A stretch of 64,000 nucleotides of DNA, taken from the NCBI GenBank assembly GCA_001949185.1, contig BDGG01000002.1:2911826-2975825 (forward strand), in the 5' to 3' direction. Under the pieces are notes generated by a model. The model had not been told where the DNA came from. It did no database searches and saw only the letters and a list, made by a program, of their open reading frames with translations. A program made the position numbers and the translations under genes. The stretch comes from Ramazzottius varieornatus (Eukaryota > Animalia > Tardigrada). Numbering within the stretch: position 1 is the first letter of the stretch; every line of letters starts with the position of its first letter. Positions 50,572-62,311 of the stretch are shown here, one piece after another.

Positions 50572-52079
50572 TACTTTGCTACGTACTCTTTTTTTCTTGA
50601 GCCTCCTTTGGCCACGAGAATACTATGTCCAGTCAAGTCCTGCAGGTGGCAATGTGGGAGTCCTAACTTAACTGAATTGAAATCAGCTGATCATGTTTAC
50701 CGCCGTAAGGCGACCGAGGAAGAGTGGACAAAGTTTTAGCCCTTCTGACTTTCCGTAGAAATCAAGGTAGAAGCCAATGTGCACCTACCGCATGAGCACT
50801 TTGTTTCTTTTTCGAAGTCACATATGACTCATGCGATGTTGCGACAGACTATCTTCCCAAGTGGCGCACGACGACTGCGCTCCACATCGCGATATCTTCC
50901 TGAAGCGTGGGCAGATTCGACTTAATTCACCCTCAAAACGTAGCCGAAAGTTCATTCATGATTTTCAGAACCAGCGATGGAAGAGATAACTAGATTCCAC
51001 AACCGCTTTCACCCACACCCGCTTTCGGTTTGGCACCTGCACTTCCGATGACGTCATGTGCCACCGGAAGACGAGACGGCGGGTGATTAAACCAGCCCAA
51101 CTTTCTTCTGCGCCCCACCTTTCCTCCGGCTGGGTCTCAGAATCAAGAATTAGTTTCGGCTTACAGTTCAGTACCTAGGTGGTTTGTCCAACCACTCTGA
51201 ACAGAGGTATTAAGAGAGCATCTTCCAGATGACATGACTTCTCGCCACGGCTTATCCATGGGTATTGGGTGGATTGGAACGGATGATGGCCTTCACTGGC
51301 CCTTCAGAAGTAGCAGAACACAAGTCGGTGGAAAAACGTTCCGCAAAGATCAGTAAGAGGCAAGGTAGATCATGCAACATTGAGTATAAAGAGGGGCAGC
51401 CTTCAATGGTTGTTCACAGTTAAACGAATTTTGTAAAGCAGAGCGTTTTCGCGTGGAAGTGGACAAAGTTTTGGCCATTCCGATTATGAATGAAACCGGT
51501 GGTGTTACGTCATCATCAACCTTGGGCAAATGTTTGAAAATGCGTGTTTCTGCTCGGTCGGGCAGATATGTAGTTTACTTGGACCAGCTTGTTGTGCCCT
51601 CTGCGGAAAACGTGTCCCTCATATCGGACGAGATTCCCGAGCGACTTCTACAGTCCACTCGTTCGAAATGTACTCCTATTTTTTCGATTTCAAGGCCGTA
51701 AATTCAGCCAAAACACAGAAGGGCCTGCCGTTGGCGACCGAAAATTGCTGTTAAACCATTGATTGCTTGTTCACTGACAGCAGCAACCTGGTGTGTAAAT
51801 TTTACGCACGTTCCGTCGGTCATGTAGCGTTTGAAAGAACTTAAGCAACGTTTTCGTTTCGTTCCATTATCCTGCGAAGGTTTTCAAGGACGAATTTCAG
51901 AACGCATCTAAGCTTCGTTCGACAGAAGGGAATCCTGATGGAGCATATCCTACGGATAAACAGCGAACAGCGAAAGCTACTTCCGGTGAAGATCTGCGAC
52001 CGCTGTATCCTTCTATCCTGAAAACTTGACTTACTTACGACCGAGATGGCGTCTGTTTCTGCTCCAACCATCAGATCGA

Positions 52080-53418
52080 ATGTTGCTCGTCGAGGAAGGA
52101 CCCACGATAGACCAACTTTGGAGGAAAAGCGGAACATATTGGAACTGTACCCGTCACAGGTAAAACCGTCCACTGTTGCACGATTATCTTGAGTTGCGCA
52201 CCACACCAGCCAATAATAATGGAAACGTGCGCCAGTGTGAAAACGGATGTTCCACGTTCCCGAATCCTATCGACCTTTCTTTGTAGACGAAAAGGAAGTT
52301 ATGGCGATGTTCAATATGCGTTCCATACGAACGATTTCAAACATGAACAAGCAGCGGGAGAAGATCCTCGCTCTACCTGAGAATACCCCTGGGAAAAGCT
52401 TTGTATCCAGAAAACGGAAGTTCGATATCGTTGCAAACGCAGCGATGAAGTACCATGAAGATTCTGTACAGAAGGGATTCCCTGTTTCTTTCACGGATCT
52501 CCAAGAAGAACCCAAGCTTCTGGCGAACAACAAAAGTACAGAACTTCTGTGACAGTGCTGGATGGGTTGCTAACGTTCTCAAAAGCAATCAGTTGCAGAC
52601 GGTGGGTCTACAAGGTAAGACTTCAGTACAATTGGTAAGATGTCTGATGCTTGGTCTGAGTTATTAATCAGGGTATACGTGTAGGGGAAGAAATGGGGAG
52701 CGATCCGGAAGTTGCAGAGAAGTGGATAACCGAAGATTTGCCGGAGACTTTTCAAGGTTATAAGAACGCCGACATCTTTAACTGCGATGAAACTGGTAGC
52801 TATCTTCGCTCCACACCACGGAAAACGCTTCTAAAGGTTGAACAAAGGATGAAAGGGTCGAAGAAAGCTACGAAGCGTATCTCGGTGATGTTCTGCTGCA
52901 GTGCCTCAGGAGAAAAGATTCCTCCCCTTATCATTGGTCGATCCAAGAAGCCGCGAGCTTTTACAAAAGCTAAGCTTGATTTTAAGAAGGCAGGCTTCAC
53001 CTGGGCGAACAACACGAAAGCTTGGATGACGAAAGCGGTTTTCACTCCTTGGTTGAAGGAGCTGAACGAAAGAATGGAGAAGCAAAATCGTAAAATTTTG
53101 CTCCTGTTGGACAACGCATCAGGACACAACGTCGATAGTCATGTGAGGCTCGTTTTCCTACCTCCGAACCAAACCAGTAGGATCCAACCGTTGGACCAGG
53201 GCATCATCAAGGCTTTCCAGGCATATGAAAGCGCTGCCAAGGCCGAGCATCGGCGAGAAAACCGAAAGAACTTCCAGAATCTCGTTGAATACAAGAAGTC
53301 ACTAACTGTTCTCCATTCGGTTAAGTGGATAATGAAGGGATGGTCTGAAGTTGACAGTAGGAACATTCGAAATTGTTTCCGAAAATCTGTCGCCTTCCAG
53401 ATGGTGGAAAATAAGTAG
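52080..53418 (+). mobile_element. Tigger/pogo (CENP-B-like) DDE transposase, disrupted
   Basis: TLEEKRNIL (CENP-B N-terminal HTH), SAGWV (Tc5-type HTH), IFNCDETG, ILLLLDNASGH and FLPPNQTSRIQPLDQGII. Frameshift/stops in the 5' part; TIRs not found. Confidence 0.9.
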
Positions 53419-54505
53419 TTGTTTTCTTTTAGAATTGACTGCGGGCAGTCTCTGACGTCACTTCCTTCTGTTTTTGGCAAGCTCTTCGATAAAGATTTGG
53501 CAAATAGACATCGAAAAAATAGGAGTACATTTCGAAAGAGTGGACTGTACTCTGGAATTTCTCCCGTCATGATCTTCCACTTATTCCAACTTTTGAATGC
53601 ATAGATACGGAGCAAAATTCTCGATGATGCTGGTAAATTAACCTGGGATTTTGATAGCGGGAGGTTAGTGAGAAACCGTCAGTGGACAAAGTTGTCGCCA
53701 TTTCGGGCAAACGGATAAAGTTGGGTCTCGCTCCTCGTACTCTTTCGCACATGCAAGTAATGCTGCTCTCATCCACCATTGTCTTTTTTAATTTTCATTG
53801 CATTCTTTCTCGATCCTTCCTACTTCAGATGTACCTACTCCGTTCGCCGACGTTTGTGGTGTCGATGGCGAATTTGCGGTGCAAGCTCATCACCCCCCAG
53901 GTCGGATAGCTCAAAACGGAGATTACACGTGTACGCATCGTGAAACCGCTACGGTGCGATTATGCCAACCGTTCCGATTTCGACAAAATCACACCCACAT
54001 TTAGAGCCCAAAATAATGAGACTGAAGCGATCATTTGTCGTGTTTGCATGGCGTCAGCGGTCTGCGAGTCCTATATCCCGAAGGTAAAACACCCGCGACA
54101 ACACCATTTGCTGGTGTATTATCTCAGAGGGCTGGTCGCCGCAAAAATATAATAAAAACCTTGGCACTCGTAACGATTGTATATACTGTACTCAATGTCA
54201 TGCATCAAGATACCGTGACGAAACCATGATCGCAGTAACCAATCCGTGATGTTGCGGAATGAAAGATCGTGTTTGGCTTATTCGGATAATGTAACATATT
54301 TCCTGCGGTGTAACATCATGACGCTATATTGCAGATGGTTTACTTTTACCGCGTATGTAGTTATGGATTAGTTCGTAGACTGTTGGTTCGACTATTGTAT
54401 GGATCAGTTGAATAAAAATTAGGCCATCGGTACACATCAAAAGCGTGCATACCGGTAAAATCAAGGAACTCCAACAACATAACAATATCGGACTTCACTA
54501 CAGCG

Positions 54506-54513
54506 TATAAAAG
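54506..54513 (+). promoter_or_regulatory. TATA box of the Gly-rich secreted protein gene
   Basis: TATAAAAG about 90 nt upstream of the ATG at 54595. Confidence 0.6.
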
Positions 54514-54594
54514 CACCGGCGCCTTCGACTTCGTCAAAATATTTACACAGAGTCACAGACGCTACATCAGTTTATTTTCACCACAGCCACCGCA

Positions 54595-55347
54595 ATGTCA
54601 ATGCAAACCGTATTGCTCCTTGTTGTGAGCTCTGTTTTCATCTGCCAATTGTACTTAGTCCATGCTGGTAGCTACGGTCGCCAGACTCGCCAATATGCCT
54701 CGAATACATACGGTAACACGGGCTCTTATGGGAACAGCGGTTCTTACGGTAATACCTACGGCGGAGGAGGCTACGGGCAGAGCCAGGGATACGGTGGACT
54801 AGGATACGGGCAGCAGAGTCAGGGATACGGCCAGAGTTACGGGCCAGGATATGGATCAAACATGGGATATGGTTCCGGTGGCCTGAGTTATGGTGGTATC
54901 GGTGGCGGTCTCGGTGTTGGAACGTATGGTTCTGGTGGGGGCATTGGCTACGGTGGTGGACTGGGCGGTGGACTGGGTGGGATAAGTGGATACAGTGGAT
55001 ACGGAAGTAGCATTGGGTTAGGAGGACTCGGTGGAGGCTACGGTGGACTGGGTGGACTAGGCGGAGGACTGGCTACCGGCTTATACGGAACATCACTTGG
55101 TACAGGCGGTATCGGGTCGGGAGGCTACGGTGGACTGAGCTCGGGGCTTGGACTGGGCGGTGGGTATGGTGGTCTCGGTTCTGGGCTAGGTATCGGTGGC
55201 GGATATGGTGGTCTGAGCTCTGGCTTGGGGCTGGGTGGAGGATATGGACTAAATTCGGGGCCGGGTGGTTATGGGTCGATGTTGAATTTAGGTGGACAGT
55301 ATGGCGGTGGATTGAGAGGTTATGGCCAGCAGAGTTACTATGGATGA
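54595..55347 (+). CDS. Intronless secreted Gly/Tyr/Leu-rich structural protein (cuticle/eggshell/chorion-like)
   Basis: Signal peptide MSMQTVLLLVVSSVFICQLYLVHA, RQTR site, GGYGGL(S/G)SGLG(L/I)G repeats; 250 aa open frame. Confidence 0.88.
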   Translation: MSMQTVLLLVVSSVFICQLYLVHAGSYGRQTRQYASNTYGNTGSYGNSGSYGNTYGGGGYGQSQGYGGLGYGQQSQGYGQSYGPGYGSNMGYGSGGLSYGGIGGGLGVGTYGSGGGIGYGGGLGGGLGGISGYSGYGSSIGLGGLGGGYGGLGGLGGGLATGLYGTSLGTGGIGSGGYGGLSSGLGLGGGYGGLGSGLGIGGGYGGLSSGLGLGGGYGLNSGPGGYGSMLNLGGQYGGGLRGYGQQSYYG

Positions 55348-57279
55348 TGCAATCCTTCCAATCTTTCTTTTTCCTATCTTTCGATCCCTCAAATACGTTT
55401 TAAGTTCGTCCAAGTTTCAGCCTGAATCGACTGTAATCATTCGAGAACTGGGATGAATTTTCTTTGCTCTCGGTAAAGTTCCTTTGACGATTCTTGCAAG
55501 TATAATCGATCCAGGCTGAATACACTTTCGTAGGTATGGTCATTCCGGTAATCACTTGGACACGCGCAGATTGCCAGTGAGAAAAAGATTTTATTTTTCA
55601 TGGGCAAGCTTCAGCGCACTCGAACTGTGCATGTATCGGAGTCTGCTGTTCCGTGTTCAGGAGAGCAGTAATCGACACCCACTGATGACCGGCCTTGCTC
55701 CAGATGCTGACACATGGGTCGTCCGACAGGGAGAAGTAGGAAATGGAGGACTTCAGAAGTGGGCTTCCGGTCGAGTGTTGTCCCCGAGGGCAGTTCAAGG
55801 TCCAGTGACTCCAGTCGTTACAGATAATTTATCGCTATGACAAGCCAGAGTGAAGATCATTCCACCCTGATCATCAGGCTCGAGACTCTCTTCGTGGATG
55901 TCGGTCCATGCTTCGTGGAATTTCGTTCGATGAAAGTATCCGCGCGTCCGATTATCTAGCTGCAGGAAAAATTGACAGACTACTTTGTCAATACCGGCAG
56001 AAATCATGATGCGTTCTGTACGATCAAGTAGTCGCTACGTACTGTATAGGTAGAGTAATTCGTCGATAGCCAACATAATCAACACTCGACAAATTTCGCT
56101 CTGCTCGCAGTAAACAGCATGATTTCAGAATTCCCATCCAGGACAGCATTATTAATGGTGGAACGTTCTTGGTGGAAGTTTGTGTGATGCGCTGCTGCTA
56201 TCCGCTCAGGGGTACTGCTACTGCGGCACTGCGCCCTCTCCGGATCCGGCAATATCTATCTGCATGGGTACCGACGAGACGCGGATGTTGGTTTATCAAG
56301 TCGTACTCCGGTGGAACATTGCAAGTGTAGCCAGTGCACAGTAGCGTTGTTCATTTCCCCAACTTCGAATGACGACAATAGCCACGCCAAACCAGCCGAC
56401 CTTCGTATGGGCATTTTACACAGCTTGCAGTGGTAGATGATATTCCGTCATGACACTGAGAAGGTAATACAGACAACATTTCTTATCATAGCCGCATTCA
56501 AATGCGATGTCCCTCTGAGCCTCTCAATGTATGGAATGAGTACGGCTTTCGTGGTCTGGAGTCTGTGGGCCAGCCACCAAACTTTGCTCCCAAAATTCAG
56601 TACCGTTTGGTTCTCGTAACCGCGCTAAGTGGAGTGCACCGCGAACGTTCGAAATGCCGCCAGGCGAGGCCTACAGAACTCAACATAATTACTTACCCCT
56701 TACCCCCGCAGCCATTTTTCGCGTTCATATCTTTTGACTGAAAAATGGATACACAGTCGTATACGTGTAATTTGTTATAAGTGTAAGATCTGGGACCGTT
56801 TTTCTGGAGGAGGCCAGACTGAAAGATGGTTTTTTTGTAACGTGTCGGGCTTTAAGATAGGCTTTTCATCGAATGGCCTGTCAAGAGACTGTACGTGGCT
56901 TCGATCCTAGTGCGTAATAAGCATATCGAAATGATCACTCCATATCGCTCACAATCAGGGCATAAACCATGATCTATAACTCCCAAGTGCTTGGAGTTTC
57001 ACGGTTATCTGACATGGAAGGCGGTTCTGAGGGACGGAAAAGCTGACCGAAGTTTCAGTGTTCTTCGCCAAGCAACGGAGCGACACGAAGAACCGCCATT
57101 CCCAGGGGAGTGATGGGTACTTCTGAAAATATTGTTTAAGGTTTTCTCGGAGCTGTAGCCGTTAACGGCATTAGCGTAGATACCAAACAGCGACAAAGCG
57201 TTTGTGTCTAAGAGGTACTTAAGAACGCTGCAGGGCCCCTTCCGCTACAGTCATTGACTTTCACTGGAACGGAGGCAAG

Positions 57280-58389
57280 ATGGCCTTCTCCATGCATCCA
57301 TCCATGGCCTTCGGATCCGGATTTCTTCTTTTTTTCCACCTCGTCGTAGCCCAGTCGCAGTCCACCGTCAACCCGGACAGCTTGAAGTCTCTGCATCACC
57401 GAAAATTCCGACTGCACCTAATATTGTGGTATTCTTCGCTGATGATCTGGTGCCTTTGGTTCCATGTAGTGACAACTGTTCCGTAACGATCCTTCAGGTA
57501 TTACCGGTTACACTTCTGTATTAGGGTCGAACCGACGTGGGCTATTGCGAAGGAAACCTGCAAACCCCCACTCCGAACATTGATCGACTGGCCAACGAGG
57601 GAGTTATCATGGACCGCTACTACACCAGCGCAATCTGTACGCCGTCCCGTGCGGCATTCATGAGCGGCAAATACGTATTTCAAACAGGTAAGAAGCCTGT
57701 CTGTACACTTTACTGCAGTCCTTGATGTGTCTGAACGCCTTTTGTGGTTAGGAAATGGCCTACAGCGCAATTCGCGGTGGAGAGCCTTGGGGCCTTCCAG
57801 CGGACTTGAAGCTTTTGCCGGCTTTCCTGAAAGACCTGAACTACACTACCAGCTTCTTGGGCAAGGTAGCTCACGGTCCTAAGCAGTGCCTTGCAGAGCT
57901 GTACACAGAAACTGACATTGGGTCTTGGTTTCAGTGGCATCTGGGAGCGCATACCCGAGCGTTTCTTCCAGACCACAGAGGATTTGATTACTCGCTGGGC
58001 ATCCACCAGGGCAGTACTAACGCCTTCAACTATACCACTGGCGCCGGCAGTGTAAGCGAAAATTCCTTGCTCTTAGGGTCTGAAAAATTATCGGTACCAA
58101 AGGTGAAACTTGTGGAAAATTCAAACAAAGCGATGTTTTTTTGGCGTTTAGAGTCCATTAGCCCGGCCTTACCAGTCGGGTCGGGATCTGTACGAGAACG
58201 GGCGACAAGTGCCTGTCAACCACACCAACAACCACTAATTTGCTGACTTGATCTTGGAGAAAGCCGAACAAATCATCAAGAATGCCGATCCAGCGCAGCC
58301 ATTTTACATTCACATCGCTACAACTCTCCCGCGCAAACATGACAAATACAACACACAGTGCCAGCCCAACATGCCGCGCTTCCAGCTGA
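57280..58389 (+). pseudogene. Arylsulfatase (ARSB-like), 5' half only, truncated at the transposon
   Basis: PNIVVFFADDL, TPNIDRLANEG, catalytic CTPSRAAFMSGKY, GK|WHLG, RGFD and PFYIHIA. Frameshift in exon 1, TAA at about 58216, and no continuation after 60730. Confidence 0.88.
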
Positions 58390-60730
58390 CGAGGGGATTA
58401 TGCCTGTCCCCACCTCTTTTTGGTCAAACTGTCCTGGCGGAACGAGAGAGGAGAGTCTCTTTTAGGATCTGAGCCAGTGAGCTAAATCCCGCGTCGATCC
58501 TGGAACAAACTACAGGGACTCGGGAGTGACGTCAAAAGTAGGGCGGTATATAAGCAGAGTAGTGAACAATCAAGACTTGATTGTTCGATGGTTGATTCGG
58601 TTGTTGATTGAGCCTGTGCTTCCTGCTCATCAAGTTTTCTGCTGTTTTTCAACCTTCTCTCATTTGCTCATTCATTCCTGCGCTTCTCTGAAATGGAATC
58701 CATCAACTTGCTGAATGTTCTCAAGCTGCTGGAATGGGACTACAAACTGCACTACCGTATCGACGACTTTCCAAGCGAAGCTGACAGGCAGTTCAAGGAC
58801 ATAGTTAAAGGTAATCTTGCTGTGCACTGGAGCTCAAAAACAAAAAAGATACTAAATTAATTCGTAATCTTTCCTAGATTTTATCAACTCGAAGATCACC
58901 CAAAGTGTTACTCCTGTGTATGCCGTTGAAGAAGACCTCCAGCATGATCTGCAGATCCGCGTCGAGTCATTTGAAGTTTACGAAGAATCTGTTGTCCAGT
59001 GCAACCTGCTGAATGGCCGGAGTGAAGCTGACTTCGACGTTACGGAACCTGATAGACTGCTTGAGCCTGTTTCCAGCGGAACTGAACCTTCTTCCCATGA
59101 GCTATACATCCCACGACTTCCTAACCCAAGCTTCCAGTGGATCAGTTGGTCAACTTGAAGTACAAGAAACGTGCGGTTAAATACTGGAGAAACGCCGTGA
59201 AGAAGAAGCGTCTCACGTTGGCCACTGTTCAGAGAAGTTTTGGTAGATTAACCAGCTTACGGCAGCTGTACGACTGGGAAAAGTAGCTAGTGGAAGGCGG
59301 TTCCAGGCTGGACAAGTTGAAGGCTCTACGTTTGGATGTCGGTAAGCAGTTCTTCCTCGATAAAAGGAAAAAGCAAGTGGACAAGGATTTGGACTTACGT
59401 CGATGGGCTCTCACTGCGAACGAAACGGTGAACTTGGCCGGTTTCACTGCTTCCCCAGACTGGATCGGAAAACTCAAACGTTACCAACAGTTTTTTGTGC
59501 TTCGATTTCCTTCAAAAACGCAATTAATATTTTGTAGATATTATGGGATCGTTGACCGGAAAATAACCAAGTTCGTCACCAAGAAATCCATACAAGAAGC
59601 GCCTCACGTCAAGGAAAGTGCTGAAGCCTGCGTTGCGCTTGTCAGATCAAGGATCGCAGAGTACGGGTTAGACTGTCTGTGGAATGCGGATCAGTCAGGC
59701 TCTGAATATGAGATGAGACCAGGAAGAACTTTGGAAACTGCTGGAGTAAAACACGTGGAAGCAATCACCCAGTTGGAGAATTCCATGACACATAGCTACA
59801 CTGTGATGATGGCGGTCTCCCCGGGCAGGCGTAAGTTTCTTCCTGTTCTTTTCCTAACGCTGAAGGAAGAGAAAGGAGTGTTTGGTCCAATCGTGTCGAG
59901 AACGATGTTCAAGGCTGATAATCTGTATGTCACTGCTTCGACATCCGGGAAGATGACCAAGAAGCTCTACTTAGAGTGGTCAGAGAAAGTTCTTTTCCCT
60001 CATATAGAAGAGCGGTGCATTTTCTTGGTCGACTCGTGAAAGACCTTCACCGATCAAGATTCTGCGATTGAACTGACACCGCAAGAGCTGGAGTACGAAA
60101 TGCCGACCATCCCTCCGAAAGTTACCGGTCAAATTCAACCGCTGGATGTGTTATGCTTTAGGATGTACAAAGGCTGCTTCAAGAAGATATCCGACTTTGT
60201 CTTTTTGCACGATTTACCCGTTCAAGTGCATCATCGCGATGTGATTTTGAGATTGCACTCTTTGCTGTATCAACAGTTTCAGTCGCCCAGGTTCGAAAGT
60301 TTGATAGCTGAAGCTTGGCATAAGTCGGGATATACCGACGAACGTTTCATGTATGTTAATCCAGCCAGGTTTATGTTTGATAAGCTGAAAGGCAGTTATC
60401 TTCACGAGAACTGCAGAGACATTGTTCTTCTGGTTTGCGGGTGGTGCAAGGCCCGTCTTTGCTTCCATCACTTTTATGACGCTCGTCATTTCTGTATTAT
60501 CTATTTGCCGTAACAAGTTTTTTTACTGATGGGGTTCAGGGTTTGTTTGTTAGGTCTAACGTGGACCTACAAGACATCACGTTTCTGACGTCGCTTCCGA
60601 GTCCCTGTAGTTTGTTCCAGGATCGACGCGGGATTTAGCTCACTGGCTCAGATCCTAGAAGAGACTCTCCTCTCTCGTTCCGCCAGGACAGTTTGACCAA
60701 AAAGAGGTGGGGACAGGCATAATCCCCTCG
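58390..60730 (+). mobile_element. Full-length Tc4/Tc5-like DNA transposon with 145-bp TIRs
   Basis: TIRs 58390-58534 and 60586-60730 (start CGAGGGGATTATG, about 3 mismatches); flanks TGA (left) and TAA (right). Confidence 0.95.
58693..60513 (+). pseudogene. Tc5-family transposase with two introns, a frameshift and premature stops
   Basis: FTASPDWI, WNADQSG, THSYTV, ASTSGKMTK, LVDS* (TGA 60037, expected W), IPPKVTGQIQPLD and C-terminal CGWCKARLCFHHF; TAG at about 59284. Confidence 0.9.
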
Positions 60731-61024
60731 TAAATGGGAGAAAAAAGTTTTTGCAGTTAGAGTCCGACATCAGCCGACAAGTCATACTTTCCGAGCTGAT
60801 AGTTAAACCGAGGATTGGTGTCTGTACCGATTTACAGTACTGTAGTGCTGCCAAATCATCGCGCACTCAACCACGTGAACAGCAGATGATACCCGGGTAA
60901 ACCCGGCGAGGCTAAACTGGTTATATCTGGTCACACTGAGCAGCGTTAACTCATCACCGGATTCAGTGCGCAATAATTTGGTAGCACTACAGTAGTTCGA
61001 AATTCGGACTTTCCGTATCTCCAT
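60731..61024 (-). pseudogene. Truncated, frameshifted PAN/apple-like domain fragment
   Basis: VSSAVHVVECAM / YCKSVQTPILGLTISSESMTCRLMS resembles PAN Cys spacing and runs into the right TIR. Confidence 0.3.
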
Positions 61025-61214
61025 TTTATTGTATTTCTGCGTACCGTTGGTCAGCTACGCTGACGAACATCAGGAAAATTCTTCTACCTGGAGAAAGGGT
61101 TGAACTACGGTAAGCATTGGTCCTCCTCTCATACCTGGGACGTCACCTCAAAGAATGCAAGTCAGATTAACAGTCGGCCTGGATGAAAAGTTTATTCCTC
61201 TGTAGAGCGCTTTC

Positions 61215-61259
61215 TGTCGTGATTGATGTCGTGATTGATGTCGTGATTGATGTCGTGAT
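61215..61259 (+). repeat. 12-bp tandem repeat (TGTCGTGATTGA) x3.7
   Basis: Directly visible in the sequence. Confidence 0.9.
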
Positions 61260-61567
61260 ATTTATGCCTAGAGGACCCTTAATTAGGTTCAGCTGCCCCG
61301 GGAATATTTGTAGTGAATATTATTCAACGTTATGATTACCATCTTGCCTCCTGCAGTCGAATGAGGTAAATCAGTAGTAGTACTCATACCAAAGTCCGCC
61401 TCAAGGACATACCGTGTGCGTCATTCTACACCTCAAGGCCAAACTTCGACACGACACTTTTAAAGCCTTGTGCGGCTTTCGAGACTGTTTTTTCACGTCT
61501 AGATTTCGCACAGTACGCTTCACTTATCTAATCACGCTTTGCACAGAGAAGCTTCTACATTTCCAGA

Positions 61568-62311
61568 ATGGCGCTCGTCGTTCCAGAAATCATCCACGCC
61601 GAGAAGACCTACGCCATACAAACGCTCAACAATCTGGGATGCCAGTACAACTACAACGACGAATACGTCGAGGCCTTCACTAAATACGCCGGCAGCGCCA
61701 ACGGGACTATCGCCGATCTGGGCTGCGGATATGGTGCATCCAGCAAGCGGTTTTTAGACGCTGGAGCGAGAAAGATCGTCGCCAACGATCTGTCCAAAGA
61801 GCAACTGGACATTTTCTACGCATCCTTATCCGAGAAAGACAAAGCTCGCGTGGAACTGATGCCGGGGAATGCGTTGGAGCTGGAAGGTAAGATACCAGCT
61901 GGATCTTTGGCTGGCATCTTTGCAGCTAGCTGGCTGAATTTCCTCCACCCCGAAGAAGTGACGCGAGCCTTCAAGGTCTTTTTTAACCTGATGAAGCCAG
62001 GTGGAAAGCTGTGCGTGTTGACGGCCAGCTGTTACAGCGATCTAATGGAGACAGCGCAGGACATCGTGGAGGAAAGGAAAAAGGCGGGTATGGCATGGCC
62101 TGGACTGTGGACGAAAGACCTTTATCAAGGACCATTCGCACACCATTTGCCCGATTTCATGCACTGTCTGGACCCGGATGTACTGGAAAGAGAAGCCAGG
62201 GCCGCTGGATTCACGGTCGACAAATCTGGGTATTTTGATTTCGGATCAGTGTTTGAAGCACTGAAGGTAGATGGTCGAGAATGGGCGGGTTTGCTGGCAA
62301 CCAAACCTTGA
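61568..62311 (+). CDS. Class I SAM-dependent methyltransferase, intronless CDS
   Basis: Motif I IADLGCGYG, motif II VANDLS and later LMKPGGKLCV; 247-aa open frame. Confidence 0.92.
   Translation: MALVVPEIIHAEKTYAIQTLNNLGCQYNYNDEYVEAFTKYAGSANGTIADLGCGYGASSKRFLDAGARKIVANDLSKEQLDIFYASLSEKDKARVELMPGNALELEGKIPAGSLAGIFAASWLNFLHPEEVTRAFKVFFNLMKPGGKLCVLTASCYSDLMETAQDIVEERKKAGMAWPGLWTKDLYQGPFAHHLPDFMHCLDPDVLEREARAAGFTVDKSGYFDFGSVFEALKVDGREWAGLLATKP

Noticed and set aside
50856-51070. CCCAAGTGGCGCACG as the terminus of the large CMC element
   Set aside because: It points away from transposase B and pairs loosely with about 51055-51068, so it is more likely a small separate MITE related to 17502-17553.
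55556-56450. Possible minus-strand gene fragments
   Set aside because: No coherent frame or recognisable domain.
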